Below are positions 10,122 through 19,046 of a stretch of DNA of 43,676 nucleotides, piece after piece (the first letter of the stretch is position 1; every line of letters starts with the position of its first letter). The notes beneath the pieces are model-generated. The model made no database searches. It saw only the letters and a program-made list of their open reading frames with translations, and was not told the origin of the DNA. The DNA comes from Candidatus Uhrbacteria bacterium (GTDB lineage: Bacteria > Patescibacteriota > Patescibacteriia > UBA9934 > CAZDDW01). The stretch is from contig JBDRNK010000087.1 in NCBI GenBank assembly GCA_043811105.1, forward strand, positions 1 to 43,676, given 5' to 3'. Both the position numbers and the translations under genes were made by a program.

Positions 10122-10883
10122 ATGAATATCAAAGTTATTATATTGGCTGCTGGTAAGGGGAAACGCATGGGAGCCGAAATTCAAAAGGCCATGTTGCCTT
10201 TGGCTGAAAAGCCACTGATTGGGCATTTGCTCGACGCTGTAGATTCTAGTTCGATCGATTCAACATCTATTGTTGTTTATGGATATGGTGGTGAAGATTT
10301 GGTCGAGTATGTGCAAGATCGTGCTGATGTTGCTTTGCAAGAGCACCAGCTTGGAACAGCTCATGCAGTCATGTCGGCTCGTGACCAAGTTGTTGATTCA
10401 GAAGCTGTTCTTGTTTTGTATGGAGACTGTGCCCTGGTTTCTTCAGAAACAATTCAGCGCTTAATCGATCATCATCAACAAAGCCCAGCAGCGATTACTA
10501 TGGCTGTTGGTTGTGTTACTGATTACGAAGGGTGGCGATCTTGTTTCTCACGTTTTGGCCGTATCTTACGTGATCAGTCAGGAAATGTAACTGCTATCCG
10601 TGAAGCCAAGGACTGTACTGGTAAGGAGTTGAAGATTCGTGAGGTCAATCCCGGTTTTTATGTTTTTGATAATAACTGGCTTTGGGATCATATTGATTCA
10701 ATTGGTTCTGATAACGCTCAAGGCGAGATGTATCTGACCGACCTGGTCGAGATCGCCATTGCCAATGACGACAAAGTAAACACCGTAGAAATCCCGATTG
10801 AAGAATGTGTAGGTTGCAATACTCCGGAGGAACTTGTATTCGCTGAGCAAATTTATTCTAAAAAAAGTAGCGGAACCCTTTAG
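10122..10883 (+). CDS. sugar-1-phosphate nucleotidyltransferase (GlmU N-terminal-domain-like)
   Basis: The N-terminus VIILAAGKGKRM matches the LAAGKGTRM signature. The protein has only the nucleotidyltransferase domain length (253 aa). Confidence 0.7.
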   Translation: MNIKVIILAAGKGKRMGAEIQKAMLPLAEKPLIGHLLDAVDSSSIDSTSIVVYGYGGEDLVEYVQDRADVALQEHQLGTAHAVMSARDQVVDSEAVLVLYGDCALVSSETIQRLIDHHQQSPAAITMAVGCVTDYEGWRSCFSRFGRILRDQSGNVTAIREAKDCTGKELKIREVNPGFYVFDNNWLWDHIDSIGSDNAQGEMYLTDLVEIAIANDDKVNTVEIPIEECVGCNTPEELVFAEQIYSKKSSGTL

Positions 10884-10921
10884 GGTTTCATTTGTAGGGA
10901 CCGACAGGCGTAAGCCTGTCA
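10867..10921 (+). repeat. REP-like repeats R2 (gtagcggaaccctttagggtt) and R1 (gtagggaccgacaggcgtaagcctgtca)
   Basis: Both have a GTAG head followed by a palindrome. R2 supplies the last codons and the TAG stop of the upstream gene. R1 recurs at 12214, 13660(-), 24212(-) and 39738(-). Confidence 0.75.
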
Positions 10922-10962
10922 TTAATTGACAAGCTGATGCTTTTCGATCCCATTAATTTTTT

Positions 10963-12216
10963 ATGAGACTAATTACTGATTGGCATATTCATTCCGGATA
11001 TTCACGAGCTTGTTCCAAAGAACTCACACTTCCGAATATAGCCAAGGCTTGCGAGCGCAAGGGGATTAATATCGTAGCCGCACCGGACTGGACTCACCCA
11101 GCTGTGTTTTCTGATATTAAAGAATTGTTGGTTGAAGATCGCCCGGGAATGTATCGCTTGAAAGATGGGTCAAGTAAGACTTGGTTTATGTTATCAACCG
11201 AAGTTGCTCAGATTTACAAGAAAGGAGATCGTTGTCGACGGATTCATAACAATATTATGTCTCCTTCGATTGAGGTGTCTGAGAAGATAAACACCGAGTT
11301 AGAACGTCGCGAGTTTAATTTAAAATCTGACGGACGCCCGATTCTTGGAATCGATTCTGAAGAGTTATACAAGATTGTAAAAGATATTGACGAGCGTGTA
11401 ATCATGATCCCGGCTCATGCCTGGACCCCGTGGTACGCTATCTTTGGGTCCAAATCCGGATTCGATAGTATCGAAGAGTGTTTTGGCGAAATGACTCAGT
11501 ATATCTATGCAGTCGAAACTGGACTATCGAGCGATCCACCAATGAACTGGCATTTATCTGGCTTGGACAAGGTGGTCTTGGTGTCTAACTCAGACGCTCA
11601 TTCATTACCAAAGCTTGGTCGCGAAGCTAATGTGTTTGAAGTTGGGGATCCAAGTTATGATGAGTTTGTTCGGATCATGAAAGAACAGGATCACGAAAGT
11701 TTCTTACATACAATCGAGTTTTATCCTGAAGAAGGTATGTATCACGCTGACGGTTGTCGTAACTGTGATTTTTCTTGTGAGCCTAATCAGACACGTAAGT
11801 TGGATGGCAGATGTCCGACCTGTAAGAAACCAATGACGATTGGTGTTTGGAATCGGGTGATCGAAATCGCAGATCGTAAGTCAGATCAACTGCCAACAGA
11901 CCGAATTCCTTACAAATCAATCGTGCCGTTAGATGTAATCATGGCCGAGGTCAATGGAGTTAAGTCTACCAGTTCGAAGAAGGTGCAAGAGATGTATCAA
12001 AAGGCAACAGACGAACTTGGTACTGAATTTGATATCCTACTCGATACTCCGATTTCGGAAATAAAAAAGTTCGACGAAAGACTCGCCGAAGCTATCAAGC
12101 GCATGAGATCCGGAAACATCCACATCAAACCTGGCTACGACGGCGTCTACGGCGAAGTTTCAATTTGGGCGGATAAGGAGCGGCCAAAGGGGTCCGAACA
12201 AAAAATTCTGTTGTAG
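10963..12216 (+). CDS. PHP-domain protein with a Zn-ribbon (EndoQ-like / COG1379-type)
   Basis: N-terminal DWHIHSGYSRACS (PHP), SDAHS, and CRNCDF...CPTCKK cysteine pairs. 417 aa. Confidence 0.6.
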   Translation: MRLITDWHIHSGYSRACSKELTLPNIAKACERKGINIVAAPDWTHPAVFSDIKELLVEDRPGMYRLKDGSSKTWFMLSTEVAQIYKKGDRCRRIHNNIMSPSIEVSEKINTELERREFNLKSDGRPILGIDSEELYKIVKDIDERVIMIPAHAWTPWYAIFGSKSGFDSIEECFGEMTQYIYAVETGLSSDPPMNWHLSGLDKVVLVSNSDAHSLPKLGREANVFEVGDPSYDEFVRIMKEQDHESFLHTIEFYPEEGMYHADGCRNCDFSCEPNQTRKLDGRCPTCKKPMTIGVWNRVIEIADRKSDQLPTDRIPYKSIVPLDVIMAEVNGVKSTSSKKVQEMYQKATDELGTEFDILLDTPISEIKKFDERLAEAIKRMRSGNIHIKPGYDGVYGEVSIWADKERPKGSEQKILL

Positions 12217-12241
12217 GGACCGACAGGCGTAAGCCTGTCAA
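12214..12241 (+). repeat. REP-like repeat R1
   Basis: gtagggaccgacaggcgtaagcctgtca. Its TAG is the stop codon of the PHP gene. Confidence 0.75.
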
Positions 12242-12269
12242 AATTGTGTTATATGTCATGAAATGTAGT

Positions 12270-12631
12270 CTATTTAGATTGTTCTGGTTCTTTTAGAGAT
12301 CGTATCCATCCACCTAACATCCGGCCGATCTCATCTATTTGTTGTTGCAAGTTAAGATATCTTTTGTTGTTTATTTTCTTACAGTCTTTCATTAATCGAA
12401 TAAATACTCGGAACATGTTAAGTTGTGTACTTGTTTTTTCAAGCACAGGAAGTTTTTCTTGCTTGTATAGTTCACTGGCCTGTAACAAGCCTTCCAGAAT
12501 GTTCAGATTACAATTTTCGACCTTTTGCCAAAGTGTGTATCGATCTTGTTTTGGTATGGTCAGGCGAAAAGAATAAATGTTTTGGTATAATTCGTAGGTT
12601 TTTTAAAGATAGGAATTTTAAATTCATCCAT
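12270..12631 (-). pseudogene. avd: Avd-like four-helix-bundle protein (DGR accessory), frameshifted
   Basis: The C-terminal 72 aa (...QQQIDEIGRMLGGWIRSLK) continue upstream as KTYELYQNIYSFRLTIPKQDRYTLWQKVENCNLNILEGL. The ATG-containing N-terminus MDEFKIPIFKK is in another frame. The frame switch falls at a 6-nt homopolymer (12599-12604). Confidence 0.6.
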
Positions 12632-12641
12632 AATACTGTTT

Positions 12642-13623
12642 ATGAAGGTTTATAAGAATGTTTTTAATGCAATAACCAAGCCGGAATCCCTTTTCCTGGC
12701 TTGGCAACGGTTTCGTAAGGGTAAAAGTAAACGCAAAGACGTAGCTCGGTTTGAGTGGAGTCTGGAGCAGAATATTTTTGAGTTACACCAAGATTTGGTC
12801 AGTGAAACATATCGACATGGCTCATACAGCGACTTTTTTATTGCTGATCCTAAATTACGCCACATCCACAAATCCATGGTTTGTGATCGGGTGGTTCATC
12901 ATGCTGTGTATCAGGTCTTGTATCCTATGTTTGATCAATCGTTCATCTTCGACAGCTATTCCTGTCGTCTAGGTAAAGGCACTCATGCTTCGGTGAATCG
13001 ACTCAAGGTCTTTGTTCGAAAAGTCAGCAGGAATTATACTGCTCCATGTTTTGCTCTTAAGTTTGACATTAAGAAGTTTTTTGATTCTGTAGATCATGAA
13101 ACTTTGTTGGATATCTTGAACCAAAAAATCTTCTGTACCAAAACAAATTGTTTGTTGGTGGAGATCGTGGAAAGTTTTTCAAAATTTCAGACCGTCGGGG
13201 GGGGGGTCGTTACTTGAAAAAACCAGACCTTGCGGTTTACCGATCGGGAATCTGACTTCTCAGTTGTTTGCCAATGTTTACATGAATGCATTTGATCATT
13301 TTGTTAAAGAAGAGTTGAGAATAAAGTATTATCTGCGATATACAGATGATGCCTTAATTATACACAAAGACCCAAGATATCTTAGTTTATTAGTTCCGTT
13401 TATTCAGGATTGGCTTTGGCAGAATCGGCGACTCTTACTGCATCCGAACAAGGTATCAATTTGTAAGCTTTCTCAAGGTATTGACTGGCTCGGGTACGTG
13501 GTTTTGCCACATTATCGAGTGTTGAGAACAAAGACGAAAAGAAGGATGTAAAGACAGTTGAATGAAGAAAACCTACCATCATATTTGGGAGTTCTGTCTC
13601 ATGCTAATACTTATAAATTATAA
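12642..13623 (+). pseudogene. DGR-type reverse transcriptase, disrupted by a frameshift and an in-frame stop
   Basis: Motifs CDRVVHHA, DSYSCRLGKGTH, FDIKKFFDSVDH, GLPIGNLTSQLFANVY (the DGR-type I/LGxxxSQ motif) and RYTDD. The frame breaks at G10 (13197-13206). An in-frame TAA at 13549-13551 is followed by ...SYLGVLSHANTYKL. Confidence 0.7.
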
Positions 13624-13659
13624 GAAAGTTTATTGAATGATTTGTGGTTTAAAACAAAA

Positions 13660-13686
13660 TGACAAGCTTACGCTTGTCGATCCCAC
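13660..13686 (-). repeat. REP-like repeat R1 (GTGG-headed variant)
   Basis: The reverse complement reads gtgggatcgacaagcgtaagcttgtca. Confidence 0.55.
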
Positions 13687-13696
13687 ACAAACCAAA

Positions 13697-13724
13697 ATCC
13701 CCCACAAGCATGCGGGGGATTTTT
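13697..13724. terminator. bidirectional intrinsic terminator
   Basis: atccccc / gggggat stem flanked by an A-run and a T-run. Confidence 0.6.
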
Positions 13725-13729
13725 CTCTA

Positions 13730-13864
13730 CTATTTCTTTCGGCGCTTTGCTACTTTCTTTTTTGGAGCAGCTTTCTTCTTAGCTACTTTTCGCTTTGCCG
13801 GCTTCTTAGCAACTTTCTTCTTAGTTACTTTCCTTTTTGCCGGTTTCTTTTTCTTTGCAGGCAT
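13730..13864 (-). CDS. 44-aa lysine-rich basic protein (histone-H1/Hc1-like composition)
   Basis: MPAKKKKPAKRKVTKKKVAKKPAKRKVAKKKAAPKKKVAKRRKK, read from the minus strand. Below the ORF-track size cutoff. A terminator follows directly. Confidence 0.5.
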   Translation of the reverse strand: MPAKKKKPAKRKVTKKKVAKKPAKRKVAKKKAAPKKKVAKRRKK

Positions 13865-13983
13865 AATATTTTTTTTGGAAGTAATTAAATTCCTCCCGGG
13901 AAAAATTTAAAAATATTTATTTCTCGACCTTTGTATTTATTATAAAAGAAAAAAAGAAAAAAAGAAACAAAAAAATGAGCAAA

Positions 13984-14011
13984 ACTCATAACTCATAACT
14001 CATAACTCAAA
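13984..14011 (+). repeat. heptamer tandem repeat (actcata x4)
   Basis: actcata actcata actcata actcaaa, immediately downstream of the stop of the 14013-15275 gene. Confidence 0.7.
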
Positions 14012-14012
14012 A

Positions 14013-15275
14013 CTATTCAACAATATCGACCGGAGTATTTACATCAGCAAAGTTATATATCCATTCCGCATTCTCGGTCGAAGCATTAACACAACCATGA
14101 CTCATGCGTTCACCAAAATTATTATGCCACGGAGCAGAGTGAATGTAATAATGATTTTTAAACATCAGATTCCAGGGGATTAAACCCATAGAATAATTAT
14201 TAGGATTATCAGCCCCGTAACTCCAAGTGTAATCAACCCATGGTTTTTTGGCTAAAACTGAGTGATTTCCCAGCGGTGTTGGGAACCACCAAGTACCCGA
14301 GCTAATAAAGAAAGACGTGTTCAGTAAACCATTTTCATAGGCAAATAAACGCTGGTCAGAAATGTCAACAATAATATGTTTGTTATTATCCGGACCTTCA
14401 AGATGACCGGCTGGTACTGTGATGATTTCTTGACTACTATCACTATCAAGATCAGCAACAACAAAATTATTTTCGTTTTCATTGATAAAAGAAACAGTTA
14501 ATTCGTTAACAACTTTATCCACAGTTGTGATTTCAGAAACGATGTAAAAAACTTTCTCTTTGTTGTTTTTAGTTAAATGTTCTGTAATTAATTTATTTAT
14601 TCCGTTTTCATTTTCAATTGAAATTTTAACACCAGCTGTGTCATTGGCATCAAAAGAAAAGAATTCATAATCTAACAACCAATTGTTATTTCGATATTCC
14701 CAAACCCGAATGTGCGGTCCACCGGTTGGTCCGGGTGCAGTAATGATTTCGGACACACCGTCATTGTCCACATCACCACAAGCAATATTAACACCACCGC
14801 GAAAATCCTCAGCGTAGGCAAAAAAGCCATTTGTAAATTTTACATTTCCATAACTATCAAAAACGCGAACTTGCGGCCCGCCTCCATACTGTGTTCCAGT
14901 TATCACTTCGGCAGGACCATCACCGTCAAGATCACAAGCAGCCACAGTAATTCCACGACCAAAGTCAGGGGCATAGGCCAAGAAGCCAAGAATTTCAGAC
15001 CCATCTTGTCGCAGATAACGAACTCGCGGTTCATTTCCAAAACCATTACCAACGATCAATTCTGGTGTTCCATCATTTCCAAGATCAGCCGCAGCAATTG
15101 TTGCCCCGCCAGTATCATTGGTCAGCAAGATTCCAGATGTTCGAATCACTTCGCCACTGTTCGAATAAGTGGTGATCGGCAGTGAACGAACCTGAACAGC
15201 CAGTGAAGCCTGGACATAAAAAAACAGACCAGAAGTAATACAGATTGTTAAAATGAAAGTCTTCATATTAAGCAT
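14013..15275 (-). CDS. secreted FG-GAP/VCBS-repeat protein with a C-terminal L,D-transpeptidase (YkuD) domain
   Basis: Signal-like N-terminus. Repeated DLDGDG/DVDNDG...E motifs. C-terminal HSAPWHNNFGERMSHGCVNAS catalytic motif. Confidence 0.75.
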   Translation of the reverse strand: MLNMKTFILTICITSGLFFYVQASLAVQVRSLPITTYSNSGEVIRTSGILLTNDTGGATIAAADLGNDGTPELIVGNGFGNEPRVRYLRQDGSEILGFLAYAPDFGRGITVAACDLDGDGPAEVITGTQYGGGPQVRVFDSYGNVKFTNGFFAYAEDFRGGVNIACGDVDNDGVSEIITAPGPTGGPHIRVWEYRNNNWLLDYEFFSFDANDTAGVKISIENENGINKLITEHLTKNNKEKVFYIVSEITTVDKVVNELTVSFINENENNFVVADLDSDSSQEIITVPAGHLEGPDNNKHIIVDISDQRLFAYENGLLNTSFFISSGTWWFPTPLGNHSVLAKKPWVDYTWSYGADNPNNYSMGLIPWNLMFKNHYYIHSAPWHNNFGERMSHGCVNASTENAEWIYNFADVNTPVDIVE

Positions 15276-15450
15276 AGTTTACCAAATTTTTTAGATCTCG
15301 TCTAAGTTGTTGACATCAATATATTTTCAAGGTACTATATTGGCACTTAAGTTAAGTATAGGCCCGTAGCTTCCACCTACGCTCCTTCGGAGCTTCGGCG
15401 GACAGGCAGTTGGAATCACCAACTTCGCTATAGGCCTATCAAAATAACGT

Positions 15451-15526
15451 GGGCCCGTAGCTCAGTTGGTAGAGCACCTGCTTTGCAAGCAGGGGGTCAG
15501 GAGTTCGAGCCTCCTCGGGTCCACCA
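15451..15526 (+). tRNA. tRNA-Ala (UGC), CCA encoded
   Basis: gggcccg acceptor with G3:U70. Anticodon loop tttgcaa. T-arm ggagttcgagcctcc. 3' cca present. Confidence 0.95.
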
Positions 15527-15671
15527 AGTTTCAGTATTAATAACAAGCTAGATAATTCGGTCTAATAACCGAGTTTTTATTTTATACTGAATGGGTTGAC
15601 AACGTGGTATAATTATGCTATATTGAGCTGTTTTGAAACTGATTTCAGAACGAACCTGAAGCACGCGTTTC

Positions 15672-17201
15672 GTGCGCAAATACACGAAAGCTGAGGAGAG
15701 TACATTGCGAAATCTTCAAATTCTATTTGGACTGCTCGTGGCTGTGATTGCCGTCTGGTTGATGATCTGGATGCGAAGCCTGGGTCAGTTCGGTTTCAGC
15801 GGTATCATGCTGTTGCTCTGTACAGCCGGATTCGGCGCTGGTGTTCTCTGTTTCTATCGTTGGCTTGACCAGCTCGAGCCCGGTCGGACTCAATTGGTCA
15901 TGACTGTTATCCTTCTGATTCTGGTTGTGCCCATCTGGAGCGTTTGGTCCAAGACCGGTGACTCTACAGACAAGCCGGTTGATACCAGTGATGATCAGGA
16001 TGAGGATACCGATGTGGCGGCTGCTCGTCAGACCATTACGGTTGGCGACATGACTTTGTTCGTGCCACCCGGTCCTGATCCTGTGGACACTCCGTCGGGA
16101 CTGATGGACTTGATCGAGCAGGGTCAGCAGTTGTTGCACAACACCCCACTGTATGAGCGCAATGCTCCTGAGTGTGGTGGTAGCAAGGATCGTTGTCGTG
16201 ACCTGTTGCTGGCCGTTGCTTCGACCGCTGGTGAGCTTAGAGTGGTTACGGCCAAGGAAATTGGTCTGCAAAACAACCACCGCAAGTGGCCGATCTGGGA
16301 TTGTGACACTGACGGATTTGAAGTCCAGGCCTTGGTTGCTTTCAACGGCGTCAATACCAATCTGGAGATCACGGTACCTGACGGTTGGGCGGTGGTTGGA
16401 AATCAGTACAATGTGTATCAGAACAACCAACGAGTACCAGGCATCTACGTGCCTTACAACCGAGGTTTGGATACTCCGGAGGTACGTCAGGCTGGTTTGC
16501 AACATCTGGCTGAGGTCAGCTGGAATGTCTGGACTGATTTCCGTGATCGTAAGGTTCCTTCCAAGCATGTGCCTGGAGCCTTGATCACGGACATTATTCC
16601 TCCGGAGATGTTGGTCACCATCGTCCTGGTCGAGAACACTGATGCTGACAAGTTCGAATGGTGTGAAGAGGATAATGCTTGTCAGCTTGAGTCCTTGAAC
16701 AATGCCTTGACTCTGATCGGGGCAAATGGAGCCGATGCTTTCAAGTACCGGTTCAGTTCAGCAGGAGCTGGTGGACTGGCTCAGATCTGGAGCAAGACTT
16801 ACGGTGGACTGCGGAATCAGTATCCTCGGGCCGGGCTTCCCAAGGACTTCTCTGGGGTCATTAGACATGAAGTAGCGATTGCAACCGCACTCTGCCACTT
16901 CGACGCTGAACTGCAGAAGGTTTCAGATCAGAGGATTGTCTTTTACCGTGATCATCCGGAAGCTTTGCGGCAGTACCTTGCCGCAGCCTACAACGGTAAC
17001 GCTGCTCGGATCAATCGGGTGATCAACAAACACGGTGCTCAATGGCGTGATGGTCGTAATCTTTGCACTCCGAAGAACTGTGAAACCAGAACGTACCTGG
17101 AGAAGTACGACTTTGTCTGGCGTGTCGTTTTCGAGGAGGGGCTTGATCCGTCCGTTCTCGAAACTGGTTTTTACGCCAGCGGTGACGACTCAGCGAACTA
17201 A
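15672..17201 (+). CDS. membrane-anchored protein with a C-terminal lytic-transglycosylase (SLT)-like domain; GC-rich
   Basis: N-terminal TM helices. SSAGAGGLAQIW and AAYNGN resemble the SLT motifs. A likelier start is TTG 15705 after gaggag. The line 16081-16140 hand-counts to 57% GC. Confidence 0.6.
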   Translation: MRKYTKAEESTLRNLQILFGLLVAVIAVWLMIWMRSLGQFGFSGIMLLLCTAGFGAGVLCFYRWLDQLEPGRTQLVMTVILLILVVPIWSVWSKTGDSTDKPVDTSDDQDEDTDVAAARQTITVGDMTLFVPPGPDPVDTPSGLMDLIEQGQQLLHNTPLYERNAPECGGSKDRCRDLLLAVASTAGELRVVTAKEIGLQNNHRKWPIWDCDTDGFEVQALVAFNGVNTNLEITVPDGWAVVGNQYNVYQNNQRVPGIYVPYNRGLDTPEVRQAGLQHLAEVSWNVWTDFRDRKVPSKHVPGALITDIIPPEMLVTIVLVENTDADKFEWCEEDNACQLESLNNALTLIGANGADAFKYRFSSAGAGGLAQIWSKTYGGLRNQYPRAGLPKDFSGVIRHEVAIATALCHFDAELQKVSDQRIVFYRDHPEALRQYLAAAYNGNAARINRVINKHGAQWRDGRNLCTPKNCETRTYLEKYDFVWRVVFEEGLDPSVLETGFYASGDDSAN

Positions 17202-17205
17202 AAAA

Positions 17206-17240
17206 GGCGGGAGCTCTATGCTCCCGCCATTTATTTTTTT
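17206..17240. terminator. bidirectional intrinsic terminator
   Basis: ggcgggagc-tctat-gctcccgcc hairpin with an A-run before and a T-run after. Confidence 0.7.
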
Positions 17241-18054
17241 ATTCAGTTACTTCTCCCTGACATTCAGCCATAACCGCTTCAGCCTGAGTAATTGTAGCTT
17301 CAGATGCAGTATATTCTTCAAATCCAGCGTACGGATCCTCGAGATCCATACTTAGTAAATTAAAAGACTGGCGGTCTCCACTTCCTAACAAAACCGGTTG
17401 TGTGCACGATCCGGGCGAGGCACCGATAACATGAGCAAGCAAAATGAGTTTTCCATTGTCATAACCATAAGTGTTTAGACCGGGCACACCACCGACTAAG
17501 TATGAAAACTCATCAACTGCGTATTCGGCTCGAAAGATCCGTTCGAAATTATTATTGGAAAGATAATATTTGTAAATTCCCACCTGACTACTTTCCGGGT
17601 CAGCGGTATAAATCAAAGAAGCAAAGTAAACAACATCGTTATCGTTTGGATCAGAAACTATGCCTCCGGAGATAACCTGTCCTTGTCCCAATAAGCCAAT
17701 GTTAATTGTGGCGATCTCTGTGTCTTCCCATTCCGACGCCAGCTGATAGTTGAACACCCCGTCGCTTGTAATGTGTGCGTTTTCATCAAAGGTTTGTTCA
17801 TCGGTTTCCATGATCTCATCTGCTTCATTTACCTGATCAATATTTTTACTGTCACGTAAACCAAAGATAATCGCTAAGACAACCATAATGATAATAATTC
17901 CGACCAAGATTTTTTGATTTAATCGTGGATCAGGCTTTTTGTCTTCAGGTTTTTGTATTTCTATTTCTAAATTATTTTGTCTTTGTTGATCCGGTTGGTT
18001 CTGTTGAGCCGGCGGATTTGGCTCTATATTGGGCAGGTCGTAATATTCAGACAT
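17239..18054 (-). CDS. hypothetical membrane-anchored exported protein
   Basis: 271 aa. Q/P-rich N-terminus, then a single TM segment ILVGIIIIMVVLAIIFGL. Confidence 0.55.
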   Translation of the reverse strand: MSEYYDLPNIEPNPPAQQNQPDQQRQNNLEIEIQKPEDKKPDPRLNQKILVGIIIIMVVLAIIFGLRDSKNIDQVNEADEIMETDEQTFDENAHITSDGVFNYQLASEWEDTEIATINIGLLGQGQVISGGIVSDPNDNDVVYFASLIYTADPESSQVGIYKYYLSNNNFERIFRAEYAVDEFSYLVGGVPGLNTYGYDNGKLILLAHVIGASPGSCTQPVLLGSGDRQSFNLLSMDLEDPYAGFEEYTASEATITQAEAVMAECQGEVTE

Positions 18055-18059
18055 AAAAC

Positions 18060-19046
18060 TTAATTAACTTGATTAGGTATTTTTTTCTTGTTTAGGAAAG
18101 CAATGATGTTATCGGCCGTGACAATGGACATGGCTTGTCTGGCTTCAATTGTGGCCGAAGCGGTATGTGGAGTAAGAATGACATTGTCGAGCTTGCGGAG
18201 TTCATGAGTGTCTGAGAGGTCACAGTCAATTGCCGGCTCGCATTCATAGACATCAAGTCCGGCTCCGGCTATCTGACCATTTTCTAAGGCTTTTGTCAAA
18301 GCCAGTTCATCAATTACTGGGCCGCGGGCAGTGTTGATCAGGAACGCGGTTTTTTTCATGGCCTTGAGTTCTGCAGTAGATATTAGGTGGTAGGTGGTAG
18401 GTAGTAGGGGTACGTGCAGAGAGACAAAATCAGATTGTTTAAGCAGCTGCATTTTGCTGCGATATTGGGCATTATATTTTTTTTCAAGTTCTGGATTTTG
18501 TTTGATGTCGTTGTACAAAATTTTCAATCCAAAACCATCATGCATTCGACGTATAAGGTTTGTTCCGATTAGGCCCCCACCAATTACACCCAAAGTTTTT
18601 CCAACAACATCAGTTCCCAAAAACATCTTAGGTCCCCAACCATGATATTTGCCAGCTCGGGTAAATTTATCAACCTCGATCAAACGGTGGGACAGAGCAA
18701 AAATTAGAGCCACAGCATGTTCGGCAACAGTTTCCGCCACTTCAACACTGGGAGTATTTGTAACCACAAGACCACGTTTTTTGGCTTCCTCAACATCAAC
18801 ATTATTAAAACCCACAGCATAGTTGGCCACCATTTTTAGTTTTGGTCCGGCTGCATCAAAAACTTGTTTATCCATTCGTTCGGTTAAAAGAGACAGAATT
18901 ATATCAACTCCTTTGACTCGATGCAACAACTCTTTTCGAGGAATTTTTTTGTTTTCCTTGTAAACACTTAAGCGAACATCTTTTCGTTTGCGTAGCATTT
19001 TTAGTCCGGCATCCGGAATGTCGCGGGTAACAAATATTTTAGTCAT
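18060..19046 (-). CDS. D-isomer-specific 2-hydroxyacid dehydrogenase (glyoxylate/hydroxypyruvate reductase-like)
   Basis: NAD-binding GVIGGGLIGTNL. Family-typical ...NTARGPVIDE...LDVYE.EP...TPH. Confidence 0.8.
   Translation of the reverse strand: MTKIFVTRDIPDAGLKMLRKRKDVRLSVYKENKKIPRKELLHRVKGVDIILSLLTERMDKQVFDAAGPKLKMVANYAVGFNNVDVEEAKKRGLVVTNTPSVEVAETVAEHAVALIFALSHRLIEVDKFTRAGKYHGWGPKMFLGTDVVGKTLGVIGGGLIGTNLIRRMHDGFGLKILYNDIKQNPELEKKYNAQYRSKMQLLKQSDFVSLHVPLLPTTYHLISTAELKAMKKTAFLINTARGPVIDELALTKALENGQIAGAGLDVYECEPAIDCDLSDTHELRKLDNVILTPHTASATIEARQAMSIVTADNIIAFLNKKKIPNQVN

Noticed and set aside
12364-12972. ORFs 12364-12576 +, 12425-12655 +, 12650-12877 - and 12751-12972 + around the DGR cassette.
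   Set aside because: They are antisense to, or out of frame with, the Avd-like and RT reading frames, which carry clear family motifs.
18386-18408. ggtaggtggtaggtagtagggg as another dispersed repeat copy.
   Set aside because: It lies in frame inside the 2-hydroxyacid dehydrogenase gene, encoding PLLPTTYHL within a conserved region. It has no palindromic partner and is probably an ordinary coding sequence.
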